Source of the DNA: a virus
IMG/VR virus record: IMGVR_UViG_3300025288_000012
Coordinates: 96,001-160,000 of that record
Reading direction: 5' to 3' (one strand)
DNA length: 64,000 bases
Shown here: piece after piece, positions 36,573 to 44,754 of the stretch
Layout of the letters: every line of letters starts with the position of its first letter
Position numbering within the stretch: the first letter of the stretch is position 1
Translations under genes and position numbers: made by a program
Notes under the pieces: model-generated
What the model was told of the DNA's origin: nothing
The model's database searches: none
The model's input: the letters and a program-made list of their open reading frames with translations, nothing else

Positions 36573-37316
36573 ATGGACTTTTCTTCTCAATCCTTTGAAA
36601 TTCGTGGTGGTCCCGTTGTAGAGCTGAACAAGAACAAGTTCGAGGACGTAGTTACGAAGCTCTCCGGTGATTCTGCCCACAGCATTGAGGCCAATACATG
36701 GCTTCCGTTCGCTGCGAAGGAATACAACCTCAGTCCTGATATTCGCGATTACGTACTGGTTCCTGTTCCGGTAATCATCACCGAAATGCCCAACACCAAT
36801 GGAGACTCTGTCACTATCAAGGAGCTGCTGAAGTTCAACCCCGAAATGGGTATGCAGGCATTCAAGACAGCTCGTGGTAAACCGTGTCACCACGAACACG
36901 ACAATCGTGACTACACCAAGGCCAAAGGCGTTATCCTTGATGCCTTCATTCGTCCCATCCGTAGATTCGGTAACAACCGCTACTACAAAGTCATTGAACT
37001 GATGGGTTACGATCGGTCGAAGGATCCGATGCTCGTGAACTCCATTCTAAGTGGTGAGAACAACGCCTACTCTGTTGGATTCTATTACAAGTCCTACACC
37101 TGCTCCGTGTGCGGAAAGACCGTTGGGCAGACCAAGTTCGGTTCTTCTCAGGCGTGCGACCACACTTTCCTGCGTCGCAAACCCTACGCGATGAACGATG
37201 GACGCCTAGCCTATCGTCAATGCCACGACATCCTATTCTTTGAGACGTCAGTTGTAGCTGACCCCGCCTACAAATGTGCAATAGGGCCCCATGTAATGAA
37301 TCCTTCAATTTTGTAA
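36573..37316 (+). CDS. probable prohead (capsid maturation) protease, HK97/assemblin-like fold with Zn insert
   Basis: PNTNGD, GKPCHHEHD (candidate His), AYSVGF (candidate Ser), CSVC..C..C and terminal FETSVVADPA. Upstream of scaffold and capsid genes. Confidence 0.65.
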   Translation: MDFSSQSFEIRGGPVVELNKNKFEDVVTKLSGDSAHSIEANTWLPFAAKEYNLSPDIRDYVLVPVPVIITEMPNTNGDSVTIKELLKFNPEMGMQAFKTARGKPCHHEHDNRDYTKAKGVILDAFIRPIRRFGNNRYYKVIELMGYDRSKDPMLVNSILSGENNAYSVGFYYKSYTCSVCGKTVGQTKFGSSQACDHTFLRRKPYAMNDGRLAYRQCHDILFFETSVVADPAYKCAIGPHVMNPSIL

Positions 37317-38677
37317 AAGGAAAGACCATGAAAACAATTATCAGTATGTATCAGTCCACAAGTGCTGTAGTTCAATCTTAGGAAATCCCCATGAAAATCT
37401 TTATCGCCCTAGCGGCAACAGCCCACTTAAAGGGGGATAGAGTCGTCGTAAAGTTCGGTAATAACCAGTGGTACACTGGGTCTGTCGCCTCTATTGGGAA
37501 GAAAATCACAGTTCTTTTTGACGATGGTGAGAAACACGCTTATGAACTAGGTGACACTTCTGTCAAAGGAATTACCTCGAAGCGTAAGTCTAAGGCAGCA
37601 ATCACTAACGCTGACGCGAAGCTGCTGTACTCTGCACCCGTAGCCACACCAAAGGCACGTACTCCAAGAGCTGCTACCCCGGCCAAAACTGCTGAGCCTA
37701 AGGTACGCACACCTAAGGCAGCTGCCAAGCCTGTTGCCTCAACGCCAGAGGCACCTAAGGCAAACTCTTTCGTTGGATCAGTTGTCAAAAGTACGTTCGG
37801 TCCCATTGTCGTACTCTCCAAGAAGTATGGCCGTAAGTACGCTGAGTTCAAGTGGTCAAAACTTGATAACTCTGGAACGGGATGGCTGAAGTTCCCAGTG
37901 GATGAACGTGACGCTTCGCATTTTGTACGCTTCCCCTTCATTCGTGATGCAACACCTAAGGAAATGTCTGGTGGTCGTCAGAAACTTAGCGAGCGCTATA
38001 CCAGGATAAGCAATGCTCTGCAAGAATCTCGGGACAAGATAAAAAGCCAGAAGATCCAACCAGGTGACGTAGTAAAGGTTACGTACTCTAGCAGTGTAGC
38101 CAATGAGGCCGTTCTAGAAGTTAACTACAGAACGGGTAAGGTTGCTATAGTTCGTAGCTCCGAAGGTGCAGCTTCGTACTACAGCAAGAAGCGCTACCTT
38201 CCTATTCGTCTCTGTGAGAAGATCGCTGACGGTGGTGGAAAGTTCGACCCCAACAATCCCATTTACGCCAAGTACAATATCTACATACCGCAATTCTACA
38301 AGTCAGGAAACACAGTCGCACCCAATCGTAATAAAGCCCGGCACAAGTTGTTTGGACTTAGCTCGAACTTCAACTTTAGCACCTACATGCCACCCGACGT
38401 AGTTGTTGCACTTGAAAAGTCAATAAAAGCAGCAAACGAAGTAGGTAATGCCTCAGCACGAACGTATGCTAACGCTATGGCACAATCTGCCGAAGAATAC
38501 GGAAAGAATGGGTTGTCTCTACAGATATCCTATATGCTGCTTAACTTAGGTTCGTGGAAGGGTGAAGAAGCTCGTGCCGCGAAGAAGATACTTAACAAGT
38601 GGGCAAAGGCCAATTAGGCTACTACGTTCAAAGGAAAGACCATGAAAACAGTTATCAGTATGTATCAGCCCACAAGT
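37316..38677 (+). repeat. 48-bp direct repeats (37316-37363 and 38630-38677) flanking the 408-aa gene
   Basis: AAAGGAAAGACCATGAAAACA(A/G)TTATCAGTATGTATCAG(T/C)CCACAAGT, two mismatches. Confidence 0.9.
37391..38617 (+). CDS. multi-domain basic protein with Tudor/SH3-like barrel(s) and shared N-terminal motif (MKIFIALAA)
   Basis: GDRVVVKFGNNQWYTGSVASIGKKITVLFDDGE, a Pro/Ala/Lys linker, and KOW-like IQPGDVVKV. Confidence 0.7.
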   Translation: MKIFIALAATAHLKGDRVVVKFGNNQWYTGSVASIGKKITVLFDDGEKHAYELGDTSVKGITSKRKSKAAITNADAKLLYSAPVATPKARTPRAATPAKTAEPKVRTPKAAAKPVASTPEAPKANSFVGSVVKSTFGPIVVLSKKYGRKYAEFKWSKLDNSGTGWLKFPVDERDASHFVRFPFIRDATPKEMSGGRQKLSERYTRISNALQESRDKIKSQKIQPGDVVKVTYSSSVANEAVLEVNYRTGKVAIVRSSEGAASYYSKKRYLPIRLCEKIADGGGKFDPNNPIYAKYNIYIPQFYKSGNTVAPNRNKARHKLFGLSSNFNFSTYMPPDVVVALEKSIKAANEVGNASARTYANAMAQSAEEYGKNGLSLQISYMLLNLGSWKGEEARAAKKILNKWAKAN

Positions 38678-38719
38678 TCTGTTACGTGCCCGCAGATTCA
38701 CTACGTAAGTGGAATCCCA

Positions 38720-39157
38720 ATGAAAGTTTTAATCAGTCTCAGTGCTAGTAGTCAAGAGTGGTTTGATGGGTTGCCCAAAAGAGCACAGAAGGAATACCTC
38801 ATCAACAACCCCCGCAGTAAGTTTGGTACCGTACTTGCGGCAGCTCCCAAAAAGCTTGCGGCAGCTCCCAAAAAGCTTGCTCTGCTACCGGTACCAAAAC
38901 TTCGAGACCTATGGAGACCAAGCGGTGAATTTTCGGATGCTGCTAATGAACGGGCTCGTAAAAGTGCACTCGACGAGATCTCTAAGATTAAGGCGGAGAA
39001 CGAAAAACGTAAAGCAACAAATACTAGTACCAGAGCAGTACGTTCCCAATTTCGTACCGAAAATGCCTTAAATGATAAGACTATAGCCACGTTGTCCAAA
39101 AAGCTATATGCCACACTCGGTCCCTCTGTAAGAGACACTCATGGGAAGGCCCTTTGA
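38720..39157 (+). CDS. basic protein with shared N-terminal motif (MKVLISLSA) and WFxxLxxxxQxEYLxxNPxSK segment
   Basis: In-frame upstream ATG 38642 derives from the repeat module. Contains a 21-bp tandem duplication (LAAAPKK x2). Confidence 0.7.
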   Translation: MKVLISLSASSQEWFDGLPKRAQKEYLINNPRSKFGTVLAAAPKKLAAAPKKLALLPVPKLRDLWRPSGEFSDAANERARKSALDEISKIKAENEKRKATNTSTRAVRSQFRTENALNDKTIATLSKKLYATLGPSVRDTHGKAL

Positions 39158-39611
39158 ACTTAAAAAAGGGTGCGAAGGCAGTACCACTGGCTGAGCGGGC
39201 CGCAAAGTCTCCTCTGCTGACTAAAAATCTTCTTGTTCACACGTCCGAGTTGGCTTACGCTAACAAGTCGATTCCACTGGATGAAAGAAAACAAATCCGT
39301 GCACAAATCCGCAACCTTACAGAGTACGGCACAAGAGAACAGCAGACTCAATTCTTGAGCAAGTTTTTGGCTGCCCACCAACGTGTAACACCCTCCGCGT
39401 CTAAGACACGCCCATCAAGGCGGAGGGTGTAGCCACTGAGGCACTGGAAGAAAAGGAGGCCAAAGCCCTGAAGCCTGCTAAGTCTGTTGCCGCACGGGAT
39501 GCCCGGGAGATGTATGTTAGCCTCGCATGCTTTGCCCACTATAAGTTGCGCCTGAAGTACGAAACTGGCCCTGTGGTGCTTAAAAAGCTCAAGGTCACTA
39601 TAGAAAATTGA
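39154..39611 (+). pseudogene. possible frameshifted gene: 92-aa ORF (39154-39432) plus a start-less -1 frame continuing to 39611
   Basis: TTG start with GGAAGG RBS. The -1 frame is open 39405-39611 and encodes similarly basic helical sequence. Confidence 0.35.
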
Positions 39612-39638
39612 GCAAAGACATCGGTCGGTAATCCTATG

Positions 39639-39664
39639 AGGACTCAGAGTACAGAGTCCTTTTG
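39639..39664 (+). terminator. intrinsic terminator
   Basis: AGGACTC-agagtaca-GAGTCCT followed by TTTT. Confidence 0.65.
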
Positions 39665-39968
39665 AAGAGTTTAGTAACTAAGGAAACACCATGAAAACCA
39701 TAGTTAGCAAGTCCCTAAAAGCTATGTCTGCGGGTAAGAAATCACCCACGTGACGCTACTCGTCTTGAAGACATACGGGGTGAGATGGGTGAACTTCTAA
39801 GTGAGGCACGCCCGATAGCCAAAAAGGTGGGTGGCCACACGTATGCCGCGGCCTCCTCTTATTGGATATAGCACACATCGAATCTGCCTTGGGTGCAATG
39901 AGACTTCGAGTCGTCCATCTGCTACTACAATGCAGGACACCCTCAACGAACTACTAGAAGGCCTCAAA

Positions 39969-40448
39969 ATGAAAATCTCTGTTTCTCTATCTGCAGGTGT
40001 GACACTAGACTTCGAGGATCACGACAAGTCGGCAGCACCTATCTTCCACTACGGTGTTCGAGATGGTGTTCGCGTATTCTTCAACAACAACTTCCTGCTC
40101 CGTGCAGAAGGTCCGGTGTCAAAGACTTTCTCTATCCATCATAGAGCAGACTTGATGAAGAACAGGTCATTTGAGCCCTTAGGCACGCTAGACCTAGCGC
40201 AAAACCGGGTGTACAAGATTGAGTTGTTGCCGATCTGGGCGGGCATGGGAATAGCAGAGGAACTTGTAGTCAGTCTTCTGAAGACGTTTAACGAACCCCT
40301 AGCCTTATCACGCCATAGTTGCCTGCAATCAGTACGCAACAACCTAGGCGTGGATGAGTACTTATGGTTAGACAACCTGTCTGAACTGGAAATCCGGGCA
40401 GTTAGCTGTAGGACGAAAGAACGTGTATCTAATTCGTGGTCCGTGTAG
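39969..40448 (+). CDS. hypothetical protein with shared N-terminal motif (MKISVSLSA); possible GNAT-like fold
   Basis: ATG 39969 gives a perfect motif match. LLPIWAGMGIAEELV resembles GNAT motif A. Confidence 0.6.
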   Translation: MKISVSLSAGVTLDFEDHDKSAAPIFHYGVRDGVRVFFNNNFLLRAEGPVSKTFSIHHRADLMKNRSFEPLGTLDLAQNRVYKIELLPIWAGMGIAEELVVSLLKTFNEPLALSRHSCLQSVRNNLGVDEYLWLDNLSELEIRAVSCRTKERVSNSWSV

Positions 40449-40645
40449 CATAACCTGAAATCCTTTCAACAAGTATACAAGTATAAGTCTAGAATTTAGT
40501 TACACCGCCCTGGTTGGGCAAAATGGTGCACCTATTAGTGGTTATATAGGCTTTTTACGCTATTTACCGCTAAATATGTGCACCATAATTTTTTTGCGTG
40601 AACACCTTTCACATATTTTGTACCATCCCAACCAGGAGCCGCCAC

Positions 40646-42763
40646 ATGTCTGATAGTAAATCAGTCCCCTTCCACGGCATTCTTGCAGTTGGAAACTCCA
40701 AAGACGAGGCCGTCAATCGCTACAAGATGGCGGCTGTCGGTAAAGGAGTTTCTGCCTACACGGATAAAGCCCATTCACTGTCCTTCGTTACCAACGCTAG
40801 CAGTTTATCTGAAATGTTCAATCCTCAGACCGGTGACCTGGACCTGGAAGAAACCCCCGATGTTCTGCAAAGTCTGGAATTCGCGTCCCAGTCTAACTCT
40901 GACAACCGCGAAGTTAACTACTTCGAGTGCCGTAGCGGATGTGGTGCTCACATCGTCTACGATTCTTCCGAGCTAGTGAAACATTGCCCGGTCTGTACCT
41001 CGGCAGTTATCGACGATGAATCCGAAGGCGATTCCGAAGGTGAGCCCGACGGTGACGAAGAATCCGATGACGACATGGAGTCCGATGACGACATGGAGTC
41101 CGATGAAGATGCAATCGATCTCGAATCCGATTCCGAAGACGAATCCGACGGTGAGTCCGACGGTGACGACATGGAGTCCGATGACGACATGGAGTCTGAT
41201 GAAGACGACCTGGACTCAGGTGACGACGAGGAATCTACTTCTTCTGACGACGAATCTGAAGGTGACGACTCCGAAGGGGATGATGCCGAAGACGACTCCG
41301 AAGGGGATGATGCCGAAGAAGAGACCGACGAGAACGAGCCCGTAGTTATTGCTGCTTCGAGCAAAGCCGAAGCCGTGGAACTGTACCGCAAGGAACGCGC
41401 TGGTGTTATCCACGCAAGTGCGGTTGAAGTCAACTACATGGTGTGTTCGTCTGCTACTTGCGGAGCTCACGTTATTTTCGAGTCCAGCGACGTAACCGAA
41501 TGCCCCATTTGCGCCTCCGCTCTGCAGGAAGCTGACGAGTCCAAAGACGAAGCCGATCTTGAAGTCGACACTGGCTCCGATGCTGAAGACGGTGATGAAG
41601 ACGACATGGCCTCCGATGCTGAAGACGGTGATGAAGACGACATGGCCTCCGATGCTGAAGACGGTGATGAAGACGACATGGCCTCCGATGCTGAAGACGG
41701 TGATGAAGACGACTCTAACGAGCCATTGGCCGTAGCTGCCTCAACCCGTGCTGAAGCTGAAGCCCTTTACCAGCAGGCTCGTGCCGGTGTTATCCACGCA
41801 AGTGCAGTTGAAGTCAACTACATGGTGTGTTCGTCCTCCGATTGCGGTGCCCACGTCATCTATGAATCCGCTGAAGCTATTGCCTGCCCGGTATGTGCTT
41901 CCGCTCTTGTAGAGCCCGAAGGTGAAACTGAAGCTGCTGCTCCGGTCGGTACGAAGACTGTAGTAGTTGACGAGCTTGCCAACATCGACGATAGTGCCGA
42001 TGCTTCGCACGAAAAGCTTGATGTGTCGTACTCCTCCAGCGTTGCCGGTTCTCCCATATGGACTGCGTACTATGCGGGCAAGCCTGTTGCCGTTGCTCGT
42101 AAGAGCGAGTCTGGCCACCAGGACATCTTCGACGAAGCTACCTTCGGTAATGCAGTTCTCGCCTCTGCTCGTCACGCTGGTGTTGTCAATACCCTGCGCG
42201 AAATGGGCTTCAAGGCTATTGCAAATGACGTAAACCTCGAGCGTTACGTCGAGCAGCAGATCGAAGAGCAAGTTGCTGAGGAACGTGCCGCAATGGCATC
42301 CACCCAGAAACAGTTCCAGGATCGTTTCAAGGCGGCTCTTGCAACTGCGTCCATCGGTATGACCCGTGGCTTCTTCGTCGGTCAAACCAATCCCCTGAAA
42401 GACAACCTGTTTAACGCCCTTAGCTCTGCGGGTGTTCGCAACCCTGATGTACTGTTGTTCAATGCGTTCAAGTCTGCTGCTGACGCATATCACAACGCTC
42501 TCTTCTCCAAGGCCAGTGAGATTATGGACAAGCCGGTTGAAGTTCAAGAAGGCCTAGCAAAGGCTGTACTTGAAATGAATCACACGTCTATGAGCGCAAC
42601 GAACCCTGTGGAAGATCGTTTAGTCTCCATGGGAGTTCCTGCAACTGCTGCTGCGGTTTCTCATGTCCCGGATGATAACCTTGAGTCCGTAAGCTCAAGT
42701 GATGGTGGGTTTGGCGCAAAAGCTGCGGCTGTTGTGTCCGGTCTCGGCCGTCGCATTCGTTAA
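40646..42763 (+). CDS. acidic scaffold-like head protein with three Zn-ribbon repeats
   Basis: AGGAG RBS before ATG 40646. Three NYxxC...CGAH....CPxC modules separated by D/E/S-rich tracts. Directly upstream of the capsid genes. Confidence 0.65.
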   Translation: MSDSKSVPFHGILAVGNSKDEAVNRYKMAAVGKGVSAYTDKAHSLSFVTNASSLSEMFNPQTGDLDLEETPDVLQSLEFASQSNSDNREVNYFECRSGCGAHIVYDSSELVKHCPVCTSAVIDDESEGDSEGEPDGDEESDDDMESDDDMESDEDAIDLESDSEDESDGESDGDDMESDDDMESDEDDLDSGDDEESTSSDDESEGDDSEGDDAEDDSEGDDAEEETDENEPVVIAASSKAEAVELYRKERAGVIHASAVEVNYMVCSSATCGAHVIFESSDVTECPICASALQEADESKDEADLEVDTGSDAEDGDEDDMASDAEDGDEDDMASDAEDGDEDDMASDAEDGDEDDSNEPLAVAASTRAEAEALYQQARAGVIHASAVEVNYMVCSSSDCGAHVIYESAEAIACPVCASALVEPEGETEAAAPVGTKTVVVDELANIDDSADASHEKLDVSYSSSVAGSPIWTAYYAGKPVAVARKSESGHQDIFDEATFGNAVLASARHAGVVNTLREMGFKAIANDVNLERYVEQQIEEQVAEERAAMASTQKQFQDRFKAALATASIGMTRGFFVGQTNPLKDNLFNALSSAGVRNPDVLLFNAFKSAADAYHNALFSKASEIMDKPVEVQEGLAKAVLEMNHTSMSATNPVEDRLVSMGVPATAAAVSHVPDDNLESVSSSDGGFGAKAAAVVSGLGRRIR
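41575..41713 (+). repeat. 36-bp coding tandem repeat, ~3.9 copies (SDAEDGDEDDMA)
   Basis: Exact units of CTCCGATGCTGAAGACGGTGATGAAGACGACATGGC. Confidence 0.9.
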
Positions 42764-42799
42764 TTAGTTTTCGTTTTTACTTATTAAGGAGTTACACAA

Positions 42800-43480
42800 A
42801 TGTTGCAATTGCGTGAAACCCGAGTAGTTTACACTGGTCACGAAGCTGTTGCCACCGGCGTTGTTATCAACGAAGAAGGCATTGCCCTGGCCTACGTCAA
42901 GGAAAACGGCGCTACCAAAGTTCAGCCCTGTACCGGCGTTGCTGGTGAAATCTTTGCGGGCGTTAGCTTGTCCCGTAATGCTCCCCCGGCTGCTCTTCCC
43001 ATGGTCAATGAAGGCATCATCGCTGCTGACGGCACTTTCGAGATGGGCCGTGTACCCAATGCAGGTCAACTGCTGGTCAAGGTCGGCGGTACTGCGTTCA
43101 CCATCGTTACCACTGCTCCTTCCGTAGAAGAAGTGAAGGTTACTGGTTCGACTCTGCAATTCCAAGTTGCTGAAGCAGGCAATCAGGTCTTCGCTCAGAT
43201 GGTCTACACACCCACGGTCATCGAAGCCCGCACCATCGTTGGTAACATCCCGGCCGCAGGTATCCCCCAGACCGACACCATCGGTACTCTGAAGGATGCG
43301 ACGTTCGGTACCAACTACTTCGACGCTGCTGTTGACTGGTCTGATGCACTGTACGTCAAGCTTGGCCCGAATGGCACACTGACCAAAGGTACCGCTGCCG
43401 ATGGCATCCCCAATGCTATCGTCAAAAACTCGCCCAGCCCGGCCAGCCCGTTCCTGGTTGTCAGCATCCGAGTTGCCTGA
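42800..43480 (+). CDS. probable head decoration/stabilising protein
   Basis: TAAGGAG RBS, high-expression codon bias, beta-rich sequence, immediately before the MCP gene. Confidence 0.6.
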   Translation: MLQLRETRVVYTGHEAVATGVVINEEGIALAYVKENGATKVQPCTGVAGEIFAGVSLSRNAPPAALPMVNEGIIAADGTFEMGRVPNAGQLLVKVGGTAFTIVTTAPSVEEVKVTGSTLQFQVAEAGNQVFAQMVYTPTVIEARTIVGNIPAAGIPQTDTIGTLKDATFGTNYFDAAVDWSDALYVKLGPNGTLTKGTAADGIPNAIVKNSPSPASPFLVVSIRVA

Positions 43481-43517
43481 TCCCAGTAAACCTCACTCAA
43501 TTTAGGAGTTCAATACC

Positions 43518-44633
43518 ATGCGTAAACAAAATCCGTTTGCTGGCGCTCAGCTGGTCCTCAAAAATGGCGACCCCATTTCTGAACTGAAATTCGGCCGTTC
43601 AAGTCAGCGTGCTCTGTCAGCCAATGGCGAGTTCAATGCCAGTGACAAGCAAGACCTGGTTCGTGCTATCACTGCTCTGATGACCTCGGTCAGCTCCGGC
43701 GAGGTTGTGCCTGAGTACAAGTCCGCCGTTGCCTCTTCGGGCGAATACGCTCAGATGGTTCAGGAACGTCGTGAAGTTCTGGCTGCTGCTTATGCTGACT
43801 CCACCGGCGAGAAATGGGCCGCCCTGGGTGCTTCCATCGCTCTGCAACTGCAAGAGCAACGTAACCGCGAAGGCTTTCTGCGTCGCGTCGCCGTTGGCCA
43901 GACCCTGAAGCAAGGTGAGATCCCGCGTATCACCATGCCGTCGTGGGATGCAGTGTCCATCGTTGCAACCAGCTCTGCAAGCGTTGGTTACCAACTGGTT
44001 CGTTCCAAAGTGTTCACCCCTGGTGAATTCGAGATCCTGGCCAACCTCCGTGTTGAAAACCTGGACATCGAACAAGTCTCCGGCGACCTCCTGGACGAAG
44101 CCTACAACCAAGGCCTGGACGCCATCATGGTCGGTGAAGACCGCCTGTGGAAGAAAGCCGCCGACCTGTCGGTTGGTGTTGTCAATCCCCTGAACTACAT
44201 CAGTGGCACCCTGACGACCCAAATGCTGGCAACCATTCGCCAGCAAGTCACCGACTGGAACCTGCCCGCCACCAATGCCATCATCAGTAACGACTTCTGG
44301 TCTGACGTGATCGGCAGCAACGACTTCGCAACCTTCCTTGACCCGGTCAGCAAGTATGACCTGGTCCTGAACGGTTACCTGGGTACGTTGGTTGGTATGA
44401 ACCTGGTTACTGATGCGTTCCGTCAGCCCAACCAGAAGGTTCTGAACCGTGGTGAAATCTACGTCGTGGCCTCCTCGGAGAACCATTCGGCGTACACCGA
44501 TCGTGGTGGTGTTCGTTCCACCCCGACCAGCGGCGCCGACCAAGGCAATACCACGAAGGGCTGGCTCATGTCTGAACTGCTCAGCTTCGTCCTGGCCAAT
44601 CCCCGCTCGGTTTCCAAAGGAAAACGTGTGTAA
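43518..44633 (+). CDS. major capsid protein (HK97 fold expected)
   Basis: 371 aa with the strongest C-ending codon bias in the window and an AGGAG RBS. Follows protease and scaffold genes and precedes a strong terminator. GYLGTLVGMNLVTD resembles the HK97 A-domain G.l.G motif. Confidence 0.8.
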   Translation: MRKQNPFAGAQLVLKNGDPISELKFGRSSQRALSANGEFNASDKQDLVRAITALMTSVSSGEVVPEYKSAVASSGEYAQMVQERREVLAAAYADSTGEKWAALGASIALQLQEQRNREGFLRRVAVGQTLKQGEIPRITMPSWDAVSIVATSSASVGYQLVRSKVFTPGEFEILANLRVENLDIEQVSGDLLDEAYNQGLDAIMVGEDRLWKKAADLSVGVVNPLNYISGTLTTQMLATIRQQVTDWNLPATNAIISNDFWSDVIGSNDFATFLDPVSKYDLVLNGYLGTLVGMNLVTDAFRQPNQKVLNRGEIYVVASSENHSAYTDRGGVRSTPTSGADQGNTTKGWLMSELLSFVLANPRSVSKGKRV

Positions 44634-44667
44634 CATGTGTAAAGGCAGGATGGCATGTAAGTAACAA

Positions 44668-44699
44668 AAATGGGACACTTCGGTGTCCCATTTGCTTTT
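44668..44699 (+). terminator. intrinsic terminator (UUCG loop)
   Basis: AAATGGGACAC-TTCG-GTGTCCCATTT followed by GCTTTT. Confidence 0.85.
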
Positions 44700-44754
44700 G
44701 GTGCCTTCATTGTAATTTTATCGTTACACAAAACGCCTTAACTAGGAGCCTTTC

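Noticed and set aside
40525-40585. tRNA-like element (7-bp GGTGCAC/GTGCACC stem followed by A)
   Set aside because: It is only about 60 nt and has no T-loop GTTCRA, D-loop or anticodon arm. Kept only as a generic structured element. I found no tRNA or rRNA in the window.
41575-41713. 36-bp repeats as a CRISPR array (likewise 6885-7223)
   Set aside because: The units are head-to-tail without unique spacers, are in frame within coding sequence, and have no cas genes nearby.
43617-44678. Long minus-strand ORFs (also 41741-42547, 6275-6973, 40957-41433, 7504-8025)
   Set aside because: They are antisense shadows of strongly codon-biased or repetitive + strand genes, with no RBS or recognisable motifs.
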